Of a stretch of DNA of 64,000 nt, positions 29,959 through 41,208 are shown piece by piece. Every line of letters starts with the position of its first letter. The stretch's first letter is position 1. The stretch comes from Nitrospirota bacterium. Lineage in GTDB: Bacteria; Nitrospirota; UBA9217. The translations under genes and the position numbers were made by a program. The stretch is taken from assembly GCA_963754875.1 (NCBI GenBank), contig CAVWHO010000005.1:1-64000 (forward strand), read 5' to 3'. The notes under the pieces are model-generated. The model did no database searches and had not been told where the DNA came from. It worked only from the letters and a program-made list of their open reading frames with translations.

Positions 29959-31199
29959 TACGGCTCTCTCAGACGCTCATATGTTTCCGACACCTCAAGA
30001 CTTTTCAGCATAAGATCTTTTAATACACGGTCTCTATTTTCTTCCTTTATTTGCAAAAAGTTTTTCCAAAGGTCGGCATCAACATAGCAGTTCCACCCAG
30101 CATTCAATATATCTGTAACATGGTACCCGTTTGTGGTTGGTATGACTTTGCCCAAACCAGCCTTGATTTCTTCAACTTTACCGGGATCCCTCTGCGGAAT
30201 CTTTCTGTTTGTGGCGATATCCTGTACCTGCTTGATCAGATCAGGCACAAGAACCGCCGATACTACGTCAGCCGTCGATACAAGCAAATTCAACGCGGAT
30301 TCCCGTGGCTCATCCTCCGCTTTAAATCGAGAAGCAAATCCAGTTTCAATACTGACCGCCATCTCTTTTGCTGCCTCCATCAGATGTTGCACGCGACGAG
30401 CGATGTTGGGATATAATGGCGAACGCTCTCCCGAAAAGCCGGGCGCAACAAGATATTCAAATGCGTGTAAATATGCTTCCGAGAAAAGGCGAGCTCCAAA
30501 AATATCACAAAATATTTCTTCAGTTTGACGTAAAGCCCACGTATAAGCAGTAATCCAAATTGGTCTTGCAAGAATATCGTTGTTGAGGTAGTGCTCTTTT
30601 TTTACTAATGGAAATACAGCCTCGTATTCTTTCCATCGTTTCTCTGTAATTTCCTTCAATATGCCATCTTCAATTTGTTTTCCAAATTTGGTCGAGTAAC
30701 CCTCGGACTTCCATACTGCATGTCCAAGTTCATGTCCAGCCAACGGAATTAACAGCGGGTTGGCGGATTCTGGAGCCGGCAGACCAATCAAAACAAAACC
30801 CGGCAAATCCGTAATGGACTGATAGACATGAGGCGAATATGCCCATTCGGAAGAAATGATTAACTTAGTATTTGATCCGAGGATACTTCTCGCGAGGCGC
30901 AGGAGAGGGGCATAGGCTTCAAAAGCATTTCTTACATTAGTAGAGCGCAGTATAAAACCAAGAATTGGGACATAAACAAACAACTGATACACAGAAATGC
31001 TGCACGCATTAAGGATAACATTGGCTGGCGCAGTCGGTGCAACCTTCTCCAATACAGTTTGCTGATGTTCGAACATTTTTTCAAGAAGGTCCAACGCATC
31101 GCGCGGATGAGTGTAAGGAAATTCAGACTGCTTCAGCCGTTCGATCTCCGCTCGGATTGCAGAAATTCGTTTCCGAGCATGATCAATCGTAATATCCAT
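29958..31199 (-). CDS. Uncharacterised HExxH gluzincin-like metalloprotein
   Basis: AGHELGH, downstream EEIFCD, then YP...R; TAATG overlap with dcd. Confidence 0.7.
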   Translation of the reverse strand: MDITIDHARKRISAIRAEIERLKQSEFPYTHPRDALDLLEKMFEHQQTVLEKVAPTAPANVILNACSISVYQLFVYVPILGFILRSTNVRNAFEAYAPLLRLARSILGSNTKLIISSEWAYSPHVYQSITDLPGFVLIGLPAPESANPLLIPLAGHELGHAVWKSEGYSTKFGKQIEDGILKEITEKRWKEYEAVFPLVKKEHYLNNDILARPIWITAYTWALRQTEEIFCDIFGARLFSEAYLHAFEYLVAPGFSGERSPLYPNIARRVQHLMEAAKEMAVSIETGFASRFKAEDEPRESALNLLVSTADVVSAVLVPDLIKQVQDIATNRKIPQRDPGKVEEIKAGLGKVIPTTNGYHVTDILNAGWNCYVDADLWKNFLQIKEENRDRVLKDLMLKSLEVSETYERLREP

Positions 31200-31201
31200 T
31201 G

Positions 31202-31660
31202 TTACCTTCGAAATGGATGTTGCGGACTTAAGTCACTGATTGATTTATGGTAAGCCACGACTGCTGTAGAGAGAGCTACGCAGAAGTCACGCGCACGCTC
31301 AAGTGCTTTAATGTTCTTGGTTGGATCGTCGCTGGATAGCTCGGTGCCAATCTTAATGGCCTCAGTGAGTAAATCATCTACTTTTTTCGAATACCCCTCA
31401 CCCGCTGCCCGCGCTACAGCCTCGCCAAGTATAGTTAAAGTAGCCGGATCCATCAACGAACGTGGCGGTTCACCCGTAGAACTTATTTCAATTGAGTTTC
31501 GCAACTGATCCGCCAAACGCCTTATTGCAGTCATTTCTTTTGATATATTAGTAAGCAAATTATCAATATCAATTGCAGCCTCTATTGCCAAGAACGGTAA
31601 CTCAAGATCGAGAACTCGTAGCCCTTTTTCTCCTTGGTTCATCTCTGCGACATGTGACAT
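31202..31660 (-). CDS. Hypothetical alpha-helical protein, first gene of the cassette
   Basis: 152-aa ORF with AGGAGG RBS; 2-nt gap to the next gene. Confidence 0.75.
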   Translation of the reverse strand: MSHVAEMNQGEKGLRVLDLELPFLAIEAAIDIDNLLTNISKEMTAIRRLADQLRNSIEISSTGEPPRSLMDPATLTILGEAVARAAGEGYSKKVDDLLTEAIKIGTELSSDDPTKNIKALERARDFCVALSTAVVAYHKSISDLSPQHPFRR

Positions 31661-31929
31661 TATTGAATCCTCCTTTCGCTACGAAATTACATAGGGCCGC
31701 CGTAAAATATTCTAGCATCGATACTCATTATTTTAAAAAGCAATAAGTCATGGCAATCTTCACGGTAAGATTGCGTGTTAATTAATATATATTGAAAGTC
31801 CCTACTCTCTGACTTGCAGAAAGCTATCTTTTCCTTTTATAAAAGTATAGTAAAAATTAGCGAAAGTCAAGGCTTTGGTCACTCTCAACCGATATCATTG
31901 ATTCAGTTGAACACCCTGTTACAATTGGT

Positions 31930-33048
31930 TCAGTCCGCCTGGCGCCTGAGGAACGTGGGCTTGTCCAGGTCCTCGCTGTCGATGCCGAGCGCCTCGTTCT
32001 TGAAATCGAAGGCCTCCTGCTTCTTTCTCGGCCGTTCCGCCACCTTCATGAAATCCTTCAGGCTCACCGGCCGTTTGACGCGCTCGCGGATGCCCTCCTC
32101 ATCGAACCCCGTCGCGATCACCGTGACCATTACTTCCTCGCTCATCACAGGGTTGATCACTGCTCCGAAAATGATGTTCGCGCCCGGATCGACCTCTTCC
32201 TTGATGATCGCCGAAGCCTCGTTGAGCTCGTAGATCCCCATATCGTTGCCGCCGGTGATGTTAATGAGCACCGCGCGGGCACCCTTAATGGAGCCGTCTT
32301 CGAGCAGAGGGCTTGCGATCGCCTTCTGGGCCGCGTCGATGGCCCGTCCCTCGCCTTTGCTGATGCCGGTGCCCATGACGGCCCTGCCGCGGTTCGCCAT
32401 CACGGTCTTGACATCGGCAAAATCGACATTCACGTACCCGGGGACCATTACGACATCGGAGATGCCCTTCACCGCCTGGCCGAGCACGCTGTCTGCAAGC
32501 TTGAAGGACTCGAGAAGCGTGGTTTTCTTTTCTGCGAGATTCAGGAGTCGTTCGTTCGGGATGACGATGAGCGCATCAACGTTCTTCCTGAGTTCGGCAA
32601 GTCCTTCCTCTGCCTTATGCATGCGGGTCTGTCCTTCAAAGCTGAACGGTTTCGTGACCACGCCCACGGCAAGGGCGCCGACTTCACGTGCGAGGTTTGC
32701 GATCACCGGTGCCGCGCCCGTGCCCGTGCCGCCGCCCATGCCCGCGGTGATGAAGACCATGTCGGCTCCGGCAATCGCCGCTTTGATCTTCTCTGCGTCT
32801 TCAAGCGCCGCGTTCCTCCCGATCTCGGGATTTGCGCCGGCCCCCCTGCCGCAGGTGAGCTTGGACCCGATCTGGAGTTTGATCGGCGCCCGCGCGAGCT
32901 CCAGGGCCTGCATATCGGTGTTCGCGACGATGAACTGTACGCCTTTGATTTCCGACTGGACCATGGTGGCCACGGCATTGCTGCCGCCTCCTCCCACGCC
33001 AATCACCTTGATAACTGCTGGGGCCCTCTCCTCTTCAAACTGGAACAT
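31930..33048 (-). CDS. ftsZ: Cell division protein FtsZ
   Basis: [24 protein letters not shown]-terminal [11 protein letters not shown]. Confidence 0.98.
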   Translation of the reverse strand: MFQFEEERAPAVIKVIGVGGGGSNAVATMVQSEIKGVQFIVANTDMQALELARAPIKLQIGSKLTCGRGAGANPEIGRNAALEDAEKIKAAIAGADMVFITAGMGGGTGTGAAPVIANLAREVGALAVGVVTKPFSFEGQTRMHKAEEGLAELRKNVDALIVIPNERLLNLAEKKTTLLESFKLADSVLGQAVKGISDVVMVPGYVNVDFADVKTVMANRGRAVMGTGISKGEGRAIDAAQKAIASPLLEDGSIKGARAVLINITGGNDMGIYELNEASAIIKEEVDPGANIIFGAVINPVMSEEVMVTVIATGFDEEGIRERVKRPVSLKDFMKVAERPRKKQEAFDFKNEALGIDSEDLDKPTFLRRQAD

Positions 33049-33228
33049 CCCTGTTGTCCTCCTCTCCTCACACGGTTCGGTAAGCTCCGAATGTTCATTC
33101 GAGCTGGCAACAAATTCCATGATATCCTGGAACCCGAGTTCAAGATTGTCGTCCATGTGACCCTCCGCGTTCATGAAACATAAGCGATTGCAAATTGGAA
33201 ATTTCAAATTTTCAATTCGGCTTCGCCG

Positions 33229-34452
33229 CTAGACGTATTCCCCCAGCCACTTCCAGAAGCGTCCGACCGAACCGCCTCTCCTGAACGAGCGTGGCGCTTC
33301 CTGCTGGTTTTCCGCGCCGTAAAGCACCAATCCCACCCCGGTCGCATAGATGGGGCTGTTGACCACATCCATCAGCCCGCCGATGTTCCGCGGCGTGCCG
33401 CGCCTTACCGGGAGGCCAAGAAAGCGTTCGGCGGCGTCCTGTACACCCTCCATAAGCGCCGTGCCTCCTGTAAGGACAACGCCGGACGCAAACATGTCTT
33501 CTAACCCCGTTTTCTTAAGCCGCTGCTGCACCATGCCGAACAATTCTTCAACGCGCGGCTCAATGATCTCGCACAGGATCTGGCGCGACAAGAGCCGGGG
33601 CGGTCGACCTCCCACGCTCGGCACATCGAGCGTGTCTTCGCTTTTAACCAGCGACGAGAGGGCGCAGCCGTACTTGATCTTGATCTTTTCCGCCTCCGAC
33701 GCAGGCGTGCGGAGACCGATGGCGATGTCGTTCGTGAGGTGGTTCCCGCCGATGGGCAGCACTTCAGTATGCCACAAGCTTCCCTCGAGAAAGAATGCGA
33801 GGTCCGCCGTCCCTCCTCCGATGTCGACGACCACGACGCCGAGTTCCTGTTCCTCCGTCGTGAGCACTGCCCTGCTTGATGCCAGCGGCTGGAGCACCAG
33901 GTCGTTCACGTGCAGCCCCGCACGCGAGCAGCTCTTCACGATGTTCTGGATTGCCGTCACCGCGCCGGTGATGATGTGCACCTTGACGTCGAGCCTGGTC
34001 CCCGACATGCCGTGCGGGTCTTTGATGCCGTCCTGGTCGTCGATGATGAATTCCTGGGGCAGGACATGGAGGATCTGCTGGTCCATGGGGATGTTCACCG
34101 CCCGGGCCCCGTCGATCGCCCGGGCCACGTCCGCCGGACCCACTTCGCGGTTCTTGATCGCCGCAACACCGCGCGAGTTGATGCCCTTGATATGGCCGCC
34201 GGAGATGCCGACATAGACCGAGTTGATCTCGACGCCGGCCATGAGTTCGGCTTCCTGAACCGCTTTCTTGATGGACTCCACCGTGCTGTCGATGTTGACG
34301 ACCACGCCTTTTTTCAGCCCATGGGAGGGACTGATGCCGATCCCGATGATGTCAACCTGTCCGCCGTCCTTCACTTCTCCGACGATGGCGCACACCTTGG
34401 TCGTTCCCAGGTCGAGACCGACAAGCACATTATCCGGCTTTTTTTTCGCCAC
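33229..34452 (-). CDS. ftsA: Cell division protein FtsA
   Basis: GLDLGTTK, DIGGGT, AEKIK, GVVLTGG; GTG start after GGAGG. Confidence 0.97.
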   Translation of the reverse strand: MAKKKPDNVLVGLDLGTTKVCAIVGEVKDGGQVDIIGIGISPSHGLKKGVVVNIDSTVESIKKAVQEAELMAGVEINSVYVGISGGHIKGINSRGVAAIKNREVGPADVARAIDGARAVNIPMDQQILHVLPQEFIIDDQDGIKDPHGMSGTRLDVKVHIITGAVTAIQNIVKSCSRAGLHVNDLVLQPLASSRAVLTTEEQELGVVVVDIGGGTADLAFFLEGSLWHTEVLPIGGNHLTNDIAIGLRTPASEAEKIKIKYGCALSSLVKSEDTLDVPSVGGRPPRLLSRQILCEIIEPRVEELFGMVQQRLKKTGLEDMFASGVVLTGGTALMEGVQDAAERFLGLPVRRGTPRNIGGLMDVVNSPIYATGVGLVLYGAENQQEAPRSFRRGGSVGRFWKWLGEYV

Positions 34453-34496
34453 GCGTAACCTCCTCCGAAGAGTCGTGGTCAAGGGTCTGTGAGAAT

Positions 34497-35373
34497 CTAG
34501 GTCCCTCGCTTTTTCTTGACCCCTGCCCCCTGTCCCCTGACCTTGTCTTTTTTCACCATCACCGCTGCCTGGCGTTCGGGACGGACGTCTACGTAAGCGA
34601 TCTCTATCCCGCGCTGCTTTACGTCGGCCATGATCTCTGCCAGCCTGCGGAGCTTTTCCGCATACCGTCCGCTTCCCAGCCTGAATTCATGGTCGGCGTA
34701 CAGGACGGTAAGTGCATCGGGCGAATTCGCCCTGACAATTACGTTCGCAAGCTGCCAGCCTCCCCGCGCCGCGATTTCACCAAGGAGCTGCACAGCCTCG
34801 ACCAGTCCTTCGGAGGTCACCTGGTCGCCGGGCTGGGCATGGTAGTCTTTGATGGCCACGACCGGGAGCGGCCAGTCCTGTGCATGTTCCTTCTGCAGCC
34901 GCTCGAGAATGAACCCGTCGTCATCCATGAGGTACCGTGCCGATCCCGTATCAAGAATCATCGTGGGCGTCCGTCTCGGAAAACACCATCGTGATGCGGT
35001 TCGGCATGCTGCGGTGGATCCTGACTTCCCTGACCCAGGGGTTCGCACGTGCGCGCCGCGCCGCAGCTTCGAGGTCCACACGAAATATGTTCTGTCCCGT
35101 AAATGCGGCGACGATGTCTCTCAGGTCCGCCTCGGTCAGCTGCTTGACGCCCTTTATATCCACGCCGGTAACCACCAATGCGTCCGCGTGCACGATCGCC
35201 TGGTAGACCTGCCACCCCAGGAACCCGGTGCCGGCGAGCATGATCATGACCGTCATCTTGACAGCGACGCTGCCGATCTTGACCGGACTTTTCCCGCTAC
35301 CCGTCGCACCGCGTCCGAGCTCGACGCGCTTCACACTCATCCGGTTCGATTTGCCGCGGTACGATCTCGGCAC
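34497..35373 (-). CDS. ftsQ: FtsQ/DivIB; frameshift at ~34960
   Basis: TM helix + POTRA (PWVREVRIHRSMPNRI) in one frame, C-terminal YVDVR in another; position between ddl and ftsA. Confidence 0.85.
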
Positions 35374-35394
35374 TTTTACGTTTTTATAATCTCT

Positions 35395-35566
35395 CAGTGG
35401 AGCCCCCTCCGGGCATCCCGACCTGTCGGAACTCTAATAACGCGACCTCCCGCTTGCACCCAGCGTTTACGAGTGCGATAGCACGAGTGCAGGGCGCGGT
35501 TTACGACGCACTACCCCGGCAGGAGCCGGGGGATTGCAAGTCGCGGGATCCACTTTGGCCCAGCTC
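35395..35566 (-). ncRNA. Candidate structured RNA in the ddl-ftsQ spacer (family not recognised)
   Basis: Several nested helices whose wobbles are G-U only on the minus strand; see finding. Confidence 0.45.
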
Positions 35567-35574
35567 ATGCGTCC

Positions 35575-36511
35575 TTAGAGTGCCTGCTTCTCCTCGATCG
35601 CCAGCCTTAAAATCTCCTCCACCAGGTCGGGGAAGGAGATTCCCACTCCCCGCGCAATGTCCGGCAGAAGGCTCGTAGCGGTCATGCCCGGAAGGGTGTT
35701 CACTTCAAGAATGGAGGGCGATCCGCTTTCGTCGATGATGAAATCGACCCTGCTGTACCCTCTGCAGCCCAGAGCCCGGTGGGCGGACAGTCCTGCCTCA
35801 AGGAGGCGCTGGTATGCCGCAGCATCGATCCTGGCCGGAAAGAAGTGCTCGGACATCCCTGTTTTATACTTTGCTTCATAGTCGTAGAACACATTTTTCG
35901 GCACGATCTCGATAGCGCCGAGAGCCCTGTTTCCCAGGACCCCCACCTGCACCTCTTTGCCGGTGATGTACTTTTCGATCAGGATCTCGCGATCGTATTT
36001 GAACGCAAGGTCAACCGCGGGAAACAGCTCTTCGTCATTGTATACCAAGCTTACGCCGACGCTTGATCCTTCGGAACTCGGCTTCACGACAAGCGGGTAA
36101 GCGATGATTGAAGGAACTTCATTTACCTCCTCGCGCTTTCCCGTATCCAGAACCATATAGGGTCCTACGAGAAGGCCGTGGGCCTTAAACAACAATTTGG
36201 AGAGGATCTTGTTCATGCCCACAGCACTCGCGAGAATGCCCGAGCCCGTGTAGGGGATGCCCATGATCTCGAGCAGTCCCTGGATTGCGCCGTCCTCGCC
36301 GAACTTCCCGTGCAGACCGTTGAACGCGAGCTCGATGCCGGACGTGCGGATCCTTTCTGCAACATCCCTGGTCACATCGATGGCAACAGCAGAGTACCCT
36401 TTGTCCTTCAACGCCTTCAGTATGGCATTCCCGGTCGAAAGCGATACTTCCCGTTCCGAAGAGAGCCCGCCCATCAAGAACGCCGATTTTTTTATTCGTT
36501 ATTTTCCCCAT
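35575..36511 (-). CDS. ddl: D-alanine--D-alanine ligase; frameshift at ~36477
   Basis: KKIGVL/MGGLSSEREVS, LHGKFGEDG, GSSVG, LEVNTLPG. Confidence 0.95.
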
Positions 36512-36542
36512 ACCCCTTGACCCCGGACCGTGGATCCTTTCT

Positions 36543-37456
36543 TTAAAGATCCTCTCCGATTATTTTGATCTCCGGCTCAAGCCGCACGCCGTGGACTTGA
36601 AGGACCTTTTCCTTCACAATCTCCATGAGCGCCAGCACGTCCGACGCCTTGGCATGGCCTTTATTCACGATAAAATTGGCGTGTTTGTCCGATACCTGGG
36701 CATTGCCTACTGTTTTGCCTTTTAGCCCCGCTGCTTCGATCAGTTTGCCTGCCGACTCTTCCTGCGGGTTCTTAAAGATCGATCCCGCGTTCGGCTGCCC
36801 GGCCGGCTGCCGCTGCTTCCTCGAGTCTAAGGATTTCCTTGACGTGCGCTCTGGATCTTGTCCCGATCGCCGCGCCGCAGAATGATACGGACGTCGAGGA
36901 CCACGTGTCCTTCGGGAACCGAGCTCATCCGGTACCCGAATCCCATCTCTTCTCTCCCCTTCGTGACCATGTCCCCTTCGGGAGAAAGCAGCGTTACAGA
37001 ATCAACGACGTCACCGAACTCTCCTGAAGCAGTACCGGCATTCATACAGACGGCGCCGCCCACCGTACCCGGAATGCCGGCGGTAAATTCGAGGCCCGTC
37101 AACCCTTCCTCAACGGTAAACGAGAGGAGCTTCTGCAGCGGCATACCGGCCTCAACAACGACGACGGTGAAGGCGCCGCCGATCGACCGATACTCGCGCT
37201 CGATTGTTACGGCCTGCATACGCTGCAGGCTGATCACGACACCACGAAATCCGCCGTCCCGTACCAGCAGGTTTGTTCCTCCGCCGAGGACAATATGTTT
37301 CAGCCCTTTTTCCCGTATCTCCCGGAGGAGTGCTGCCAGATCGTCCCGGTCGGCAGGAACGGCAAATACGTCTGCCGGCCCTCCGATGGCATAGGACGTA
37401 TGCCTGCTCATCGGTTCCTGTTGCCTGATTTCACCCTTAAAGTTTGCGATTTCCAT
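36543..37456 (-). CDS. murB: UDP-N-acetylenolpyruvoylglucosamine reductase; frameshift at ~36835
   Basis: [20 protein letters not shown]; second frame [20 protein letters not shown]. Confidence 0.93.
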
Positions 37457-38822
37457 GCTGTAGTTTCTCCAGGACTTGTTCCCCCAGTTTCCACACGTCC
37501 CCGGCGCCAAGTGTGATCAGGAGGTCCCCCTTTTTCAGGACCGATGCCAGGTGCTCGACGATCTTGTCCCGTTCCGGCAGAAACGTCACGTCTTTGTGCC
37601 CGAACTTCTTGATGCCTTCATAGAGCGCCTGTCCGCTCACGCCGGGGATCGGCTTCTCTCCTGCAGCGTAAATATCCATGACAATGAGTTTGTCCGCCTG
37701 GTTGAATGCTGTAAAGAACTCCTCCAGCAGATGCTGGGTCCTCGTATACCGGTGCGGCTGGAACACTACCACTACCCGCCGCTCCATGCCCGTGGCTGCG
37801 GCTGCAAGGGTCGCCTTGATCTCCGTGGGATGGTGGCCATAATCGTCGACGACGATGACGCCGCCGACCTCTCCCTTGATCTGGAACCGTCTCTGCACGC
37901 CGGAAAACTCCCGAAGCGCCTTGCGGATCGTTTCAAGTTCGATATCCAACTCGCGGGCCACGGCGATCGCGGCGAGGCTGTTGCTGATGTTGTGTACGCC
38001 CGGCACGGAGAGCTCGAAGAAACCGAGGTCCTTGTTGTGATGCATCACCTTGAACGTCGATCCCAACGGCCGGAGCGAAATGTCCCGCGCCTGGTAGTCG
38101 GCCTGCGTGCTCATCCCGTAGGTTTGATACCGTTTCTGGAGCGACGGGATGAGCGACTGGATGTGCGGCTGGTCAAGACAGAGCACCGACACGCCGTAAA
38201 ACGGGACCTTATTGATGAAGGTGAGGAAGGCCGCCTTGATCTCGTCGATATCTTTGTAGTAATCCAGGTGCTCCGCGTCGATGTTCGTGACCACGGCGAT
38301 CGTGGGCGAGAGTTTCAGGAAGCTCCCGTCGCTCTCGTCCGCCTCGGCAACCAAGAACTCGCCCTGGCCGAGTTTGGCGTTCGTTCCCAGGCTGTTCAGT
38401 TTCCCGCCGATCACGACCGTGGGGTCGATGCCCCCCGCGGCAAAAACCGTGGCGACCATGGAGGTCGTCGTGGTTTTGCCGTGGGCGCCTGCGATGGCCA
38501 CGCCGTACTTAAGCCGCATGAGCTCGGCGAGCATCTCGGCCCGCGGGATCACCGGCACCTGCTTCTCGCGCGCAGCAATGACCTCGACGTTGTCGTTTTT
38601 CACTGCCGACGAGATCACGACCACGTGCGGCGAAGTGATGTTCTCGGCCCGGTGACCGATAAAGATCTCGCCGCCCAGTTTCCTGAGCCTCTCCGTCGTG
38701 TCCGATTCTTTCATGTCCGAACCGGTAACTTTATACCCGAGGTTCAAGAGCACCTCGGCGATGCCGCTCATACCGATGCCCCCGATGCCGACAAAGTGAA
38801 TGTGCTTAATTCTTTTGAACAT
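37437..38822 (-). CDS. murC: UDP-N-acetylmuramate--L-alanine ligase
   Basis: [35 protein letters not shown]. Confidence 0.97.
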   Translation of the reverse strand: MFKRIKHIHFVGIGGIGMSGIAEVLLNLGYKVTGSDMKESDTTERLRKLGGEIFIGHRAENITSPHVVVISSAVKNDNVEVIAAREKQVPVIPRAEMLAELMRLKYGVAIAGAHGKTTTTSMVATVFAAGGIDPTVVIGGKLNSLGTNAKLGQGEFLVAEADESDGSFLKLSPTIAVVTNIDAEHLDYYKDIDEIKAAFLTFINKVPFYGVSVLCLDQPHIQSLIPSLQKRYQTYGMSTQADYQARDISLRPLGSTFKVMHHNKDLGFFELSVPGVHNISNSLAAIAVARELDIELETIRKALREFSGVQRRFQIKGEVGGVIVVDDYGHHPTEIKATLAAAATGMERRVVVVFQPHRYTRTQHLLEEFFTAFNQADKLIVMDIYAAGEKPIPGVSGQALYEGIKKFGHKDVTFLPERDKIVEHLASVLKKGDLLITLGAGDVWKLGEQVLEKLQHGNRKL

Positions 38823-39885
38823 AGTCTTTACACATCCTCGCAATCTCTTCTGCAGCCGTGTTTTCCATGCATGCTGCTTTTGAAGCAGCGCCCCGCCCTG
38901 CGTATTTTTCTATGAGCCCTGCCAGGGTCTCCGGCGTAAGGTCTCGTTGCACGATCACGTCCGCCGCTCCCCGCTCTGCCAGCGCTCGCGCGTTGTACTC
39001 CTGATGATTATCGGCTGCGAAGGGAAACGGTATCAGCACGGCACGCTTTCCGCAGACGGCAAGTTCCGCCACGGTCGTAGCGCCGGAGCGCGAGACCACC
39101 AGGTCCGCGGCCGCGTATGCGCCGGCCATGTCATGAATGTAGGGCAGCACCACTGCTTTGACACCTGCCTCACGATATCCCGTTGCAACTTCAGCAGCGT
39201 CTTTCTCGCCGGTCTGGTGCAGGACCTGAAGATGCTCTATCTTCTTCAGATCAATTGCCGCCTTTTTCATGGCCATGTTGATGGCATGGGCGCCACCGCT
39301 CCCCCCCATAACAAAGACCGTAAAGTTCCCGGACTCAAGTCCGAAATCTTTGAGCGCTTTCCCGCGATCCCCCTGATCGATGCCTTTTCTGACCAGCGGG
39401 CCGACTTGCGCTGTCTTCTCGACCGGGAAAAAATGCTGCGCCCCTGTTCCAGGAAAACAGAGGATGACTTTTCTTGCCAGCATTCCCAGTTTTCTATTTG
39501 CCAGTCCGGCATAGGAATTGGGCTCCACGATCAGAAGCGGGATCCTGACGACCCAGGCCGCGAGCGCCACCGGTCCCGAGGAATACCCTCCCACACCGAT
39601 CACCACATCGGGCCTCGCTTCCCGTAACAGGCGGATCGACTGCAAGACGCTCCGCGGCAGCATAACCATCGTTTTCATGATCGAGCCGACCTTCATGCCC
39701 TTCAGCTTCCCGACCGTGATAAAACGGATCGGCAACCCTTCCCGCGGAAGCACCTTCGCTTCGATTCCCTGCTCCGTGCCGATGAACAAGACGTCGTTGT
39801 CCTTTTCTTTCAGCACCTCTCGCGCAATGGCAATCCCGGGATAGAGATGCCCTCCCGTGCCTCCGCCGGCGATGACGACCTTCAT
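38806..39885 (-). CDS. murG: MurG glycosyltransferase
   Basis: GGGTGGH, GGYSS, GGSGGA, RSGATT, HQEYNA. Confidence 0.97.
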   Translation of the reverse strand: MKVVIAGGGTGGHLYPGIAIAREVLKEKDNDVLFIGTEQGIEAKVLPREGLPIRFITVGKLKGMKVGSIMKTMVMLPRSVLQSIRLLREARPDVVIGVGGYSSGPVALAAWVVRIPLLIVEPNSYAGLANRKLGMLARKVILCFPGTGAQHFFPVEKTAQVGPLVRKGIDQGDRGKALKDFGLESGNFTVFVMGGSGGAHAINMAMKKAAIDLKKIEHLQVLHQTGEKDAAEVATGYREAGVKAVVLPYIHDMAGAYAAADLVVSRSGATTVAELAVCGKRAVLIPFPFAADNHQEYNARALAERGAADVIVQRDLTPETLAGLIEKYAGRGAASKAACMENTAAEEIARMCKDYVQKN

Positions 39886-39907
39886 GCAAATACCTCTACA
39901 ACTACCT

Positions 39908-40042
39908 TTTCACCGCGGAGGGCGCAGGGTACGCGGAGAAAAAAGGCGGTAAAAAACGCATAAATATAATTTTGCATTCCTCTGCGTCCTCTGCCTGTGC
40001 CCGCGTTTACGAGAGCAAGCGCGAGTGCAGGGTACGGTAAAA
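39908..40042. repeat. Intergenic inverted repeat of 9-mer-like units carrying a ~45-nt mini-element
   Basis: TTTCACCGCGGAGGGCGCAG...CTCTGCGTCCTCTGC[insert]CGGTAAAA. Confidence 0.6.
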
Positions 40043-40052
40043 ATCCTCTTCT

Positions 40053-41165
40053 TTATCCTGTTTCTTTCGAAACATTCAACAGAACACCGAGCGCTGCCAT
40101 GGTTACAACGAGCGACGATCCGCCATAGCTCACCAGCGGAAGCGCAATGCCCTTGGTCGGCAGAAGCCCGGTGACCACAGCCATGTTGATCAATCCCTGA
40201 AGGCAGATAAGCAGCGTGATGCCGAGGGCAAGGAGCCTACTGAACGGGTCGCCCACGGCAAGGGCGATGCGCACGCCGCGCCACAGGATGATCAGGAACA
40301 GCAGGATCACGGCGAGCGCCCCGATCAATCCCAGTTCCTCACCGATGACGGCATAGATAAAGTCCGAATGCCGCTCCGGCAGGAAGAAGAGCTTTTGCCG
40401 CCCTTCCCCCAGCCCGCGGCCGAACACGCCGCCGCTCCCGAAAGCAAGAAAGGACTGGATGATCTGGTGTCCTGCGCCCTGCGGGTCAGACCAGGGATCG
40501 AGAAACGCGACGATCCTTCTCCACCGGTATGCCTTGTGCACCACGGCGAATATGATGAAGGGGAGCGCCGCTAGCAGCGTACCGCCGATGTGAAGAATGT
40601 TCGCTCCTCCCGCAAAGAGCATGATGCCTGCAACGGCAGCAAGGGTCATTGCGCTGCCGAAATCCGGTTGGAGCACGGCTACACTCAAAAACACTGCGGT
40701 CACGACATACGCCGGCACCATCCCGTTCATGAAATCCCGGATCCGCTCGCCTTTCTTTGCGATGTAATAGCTCAGGTAAACAACGATCGCGAACTTTGCG
40801 AGTTCCGCCGGTTGAAACGACATCATGCCGAGCCGCAGCCACCTCCGCGACCCGTTGACCATTCTGCCGATACCGGGGACGAGCGTGGCTGCGAGCAGGA
40901 GGAACGAGATTGCCATGATTGCCAGCACAACCCTTTGGTCGGACAACCTGCGGTGGTCGACGCGCATGCTAAGCGTCAGGAACGCGAGTCCAACAACCGC
41001 CCACAGGAGTTGACGCTTCATAAAGAATGCCGAGTCGCCATACGTCGTGAGCGCCACGACGCTGCTGGAGCTATACACCATCACCACGCTGATCACCAGC
41101 AACAGCAGAATGGCGAAGAGCAGCGTCTTGTCGTACTGTCCTCTATGATTTGTCTCAATGCGCAT
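40053..41165 (-). CDS. ftsW: SEDS protein FtsW
   Basis: MVYSSS, FQPAELAK, QPDFG, LPERHSDF, SYGGSS. Confidence 0.96.
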   Translation of the reverse strand: MRIETNHRGQYDKTLLFAILLLLVISVVMVYSSSSVVALTTYGDSAFFMKRQLLWAVVGLAFLTLSMRVDHRRLSDQRVVLAIMAISFLLLAATLVPGIGRMVNGSRRWLRLGMMSFQPAELAKFAIVVYLSYYIAKKGERIRDFMNGMVPAYVVTAVFLSVAVLQPDFGSAMTLAAVAGIMLFAGGANILHIGGTLLAALPFIIFAVVHKAYRWRRIVAFLDPWSDPQGAGHQIIQSFLAFGSGGVFGRGLGEGRQKLFFLPERHSDFIYAVIGEELGLIGALAVILLFLIILWRGVRIALAVGDPFSRLLALGITLLICLQGLINMAVVTGLLPTKGIALPLVSYGGSSLVVTMAALGVLLNVSKETG

Positions 41166-41208
41166 TTTCTTTTTACAACGTCCAGGAGCAGGTCTCTTTG
41201 CCCTTTGC

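Noticed and set aside
35395..35566. SRP RNA, tRNA-Sec, tmRNA, twister ribozyme or guanidine/ZTP riboswitch
   Set aside because: Lacks the diagnostic motifs (no AGGUCCGGAAGGAAGCAGC, no T-loop/anticodon arm); only fragmentary resemblance, so kept as unknown
37476..38915. Long antisense ORFs (also 19790-20908, 25244-26527, 47600-49009 and others)
   Set aside because: Shadows of GC-rich genes on the opposite strand with no recognisable motifs
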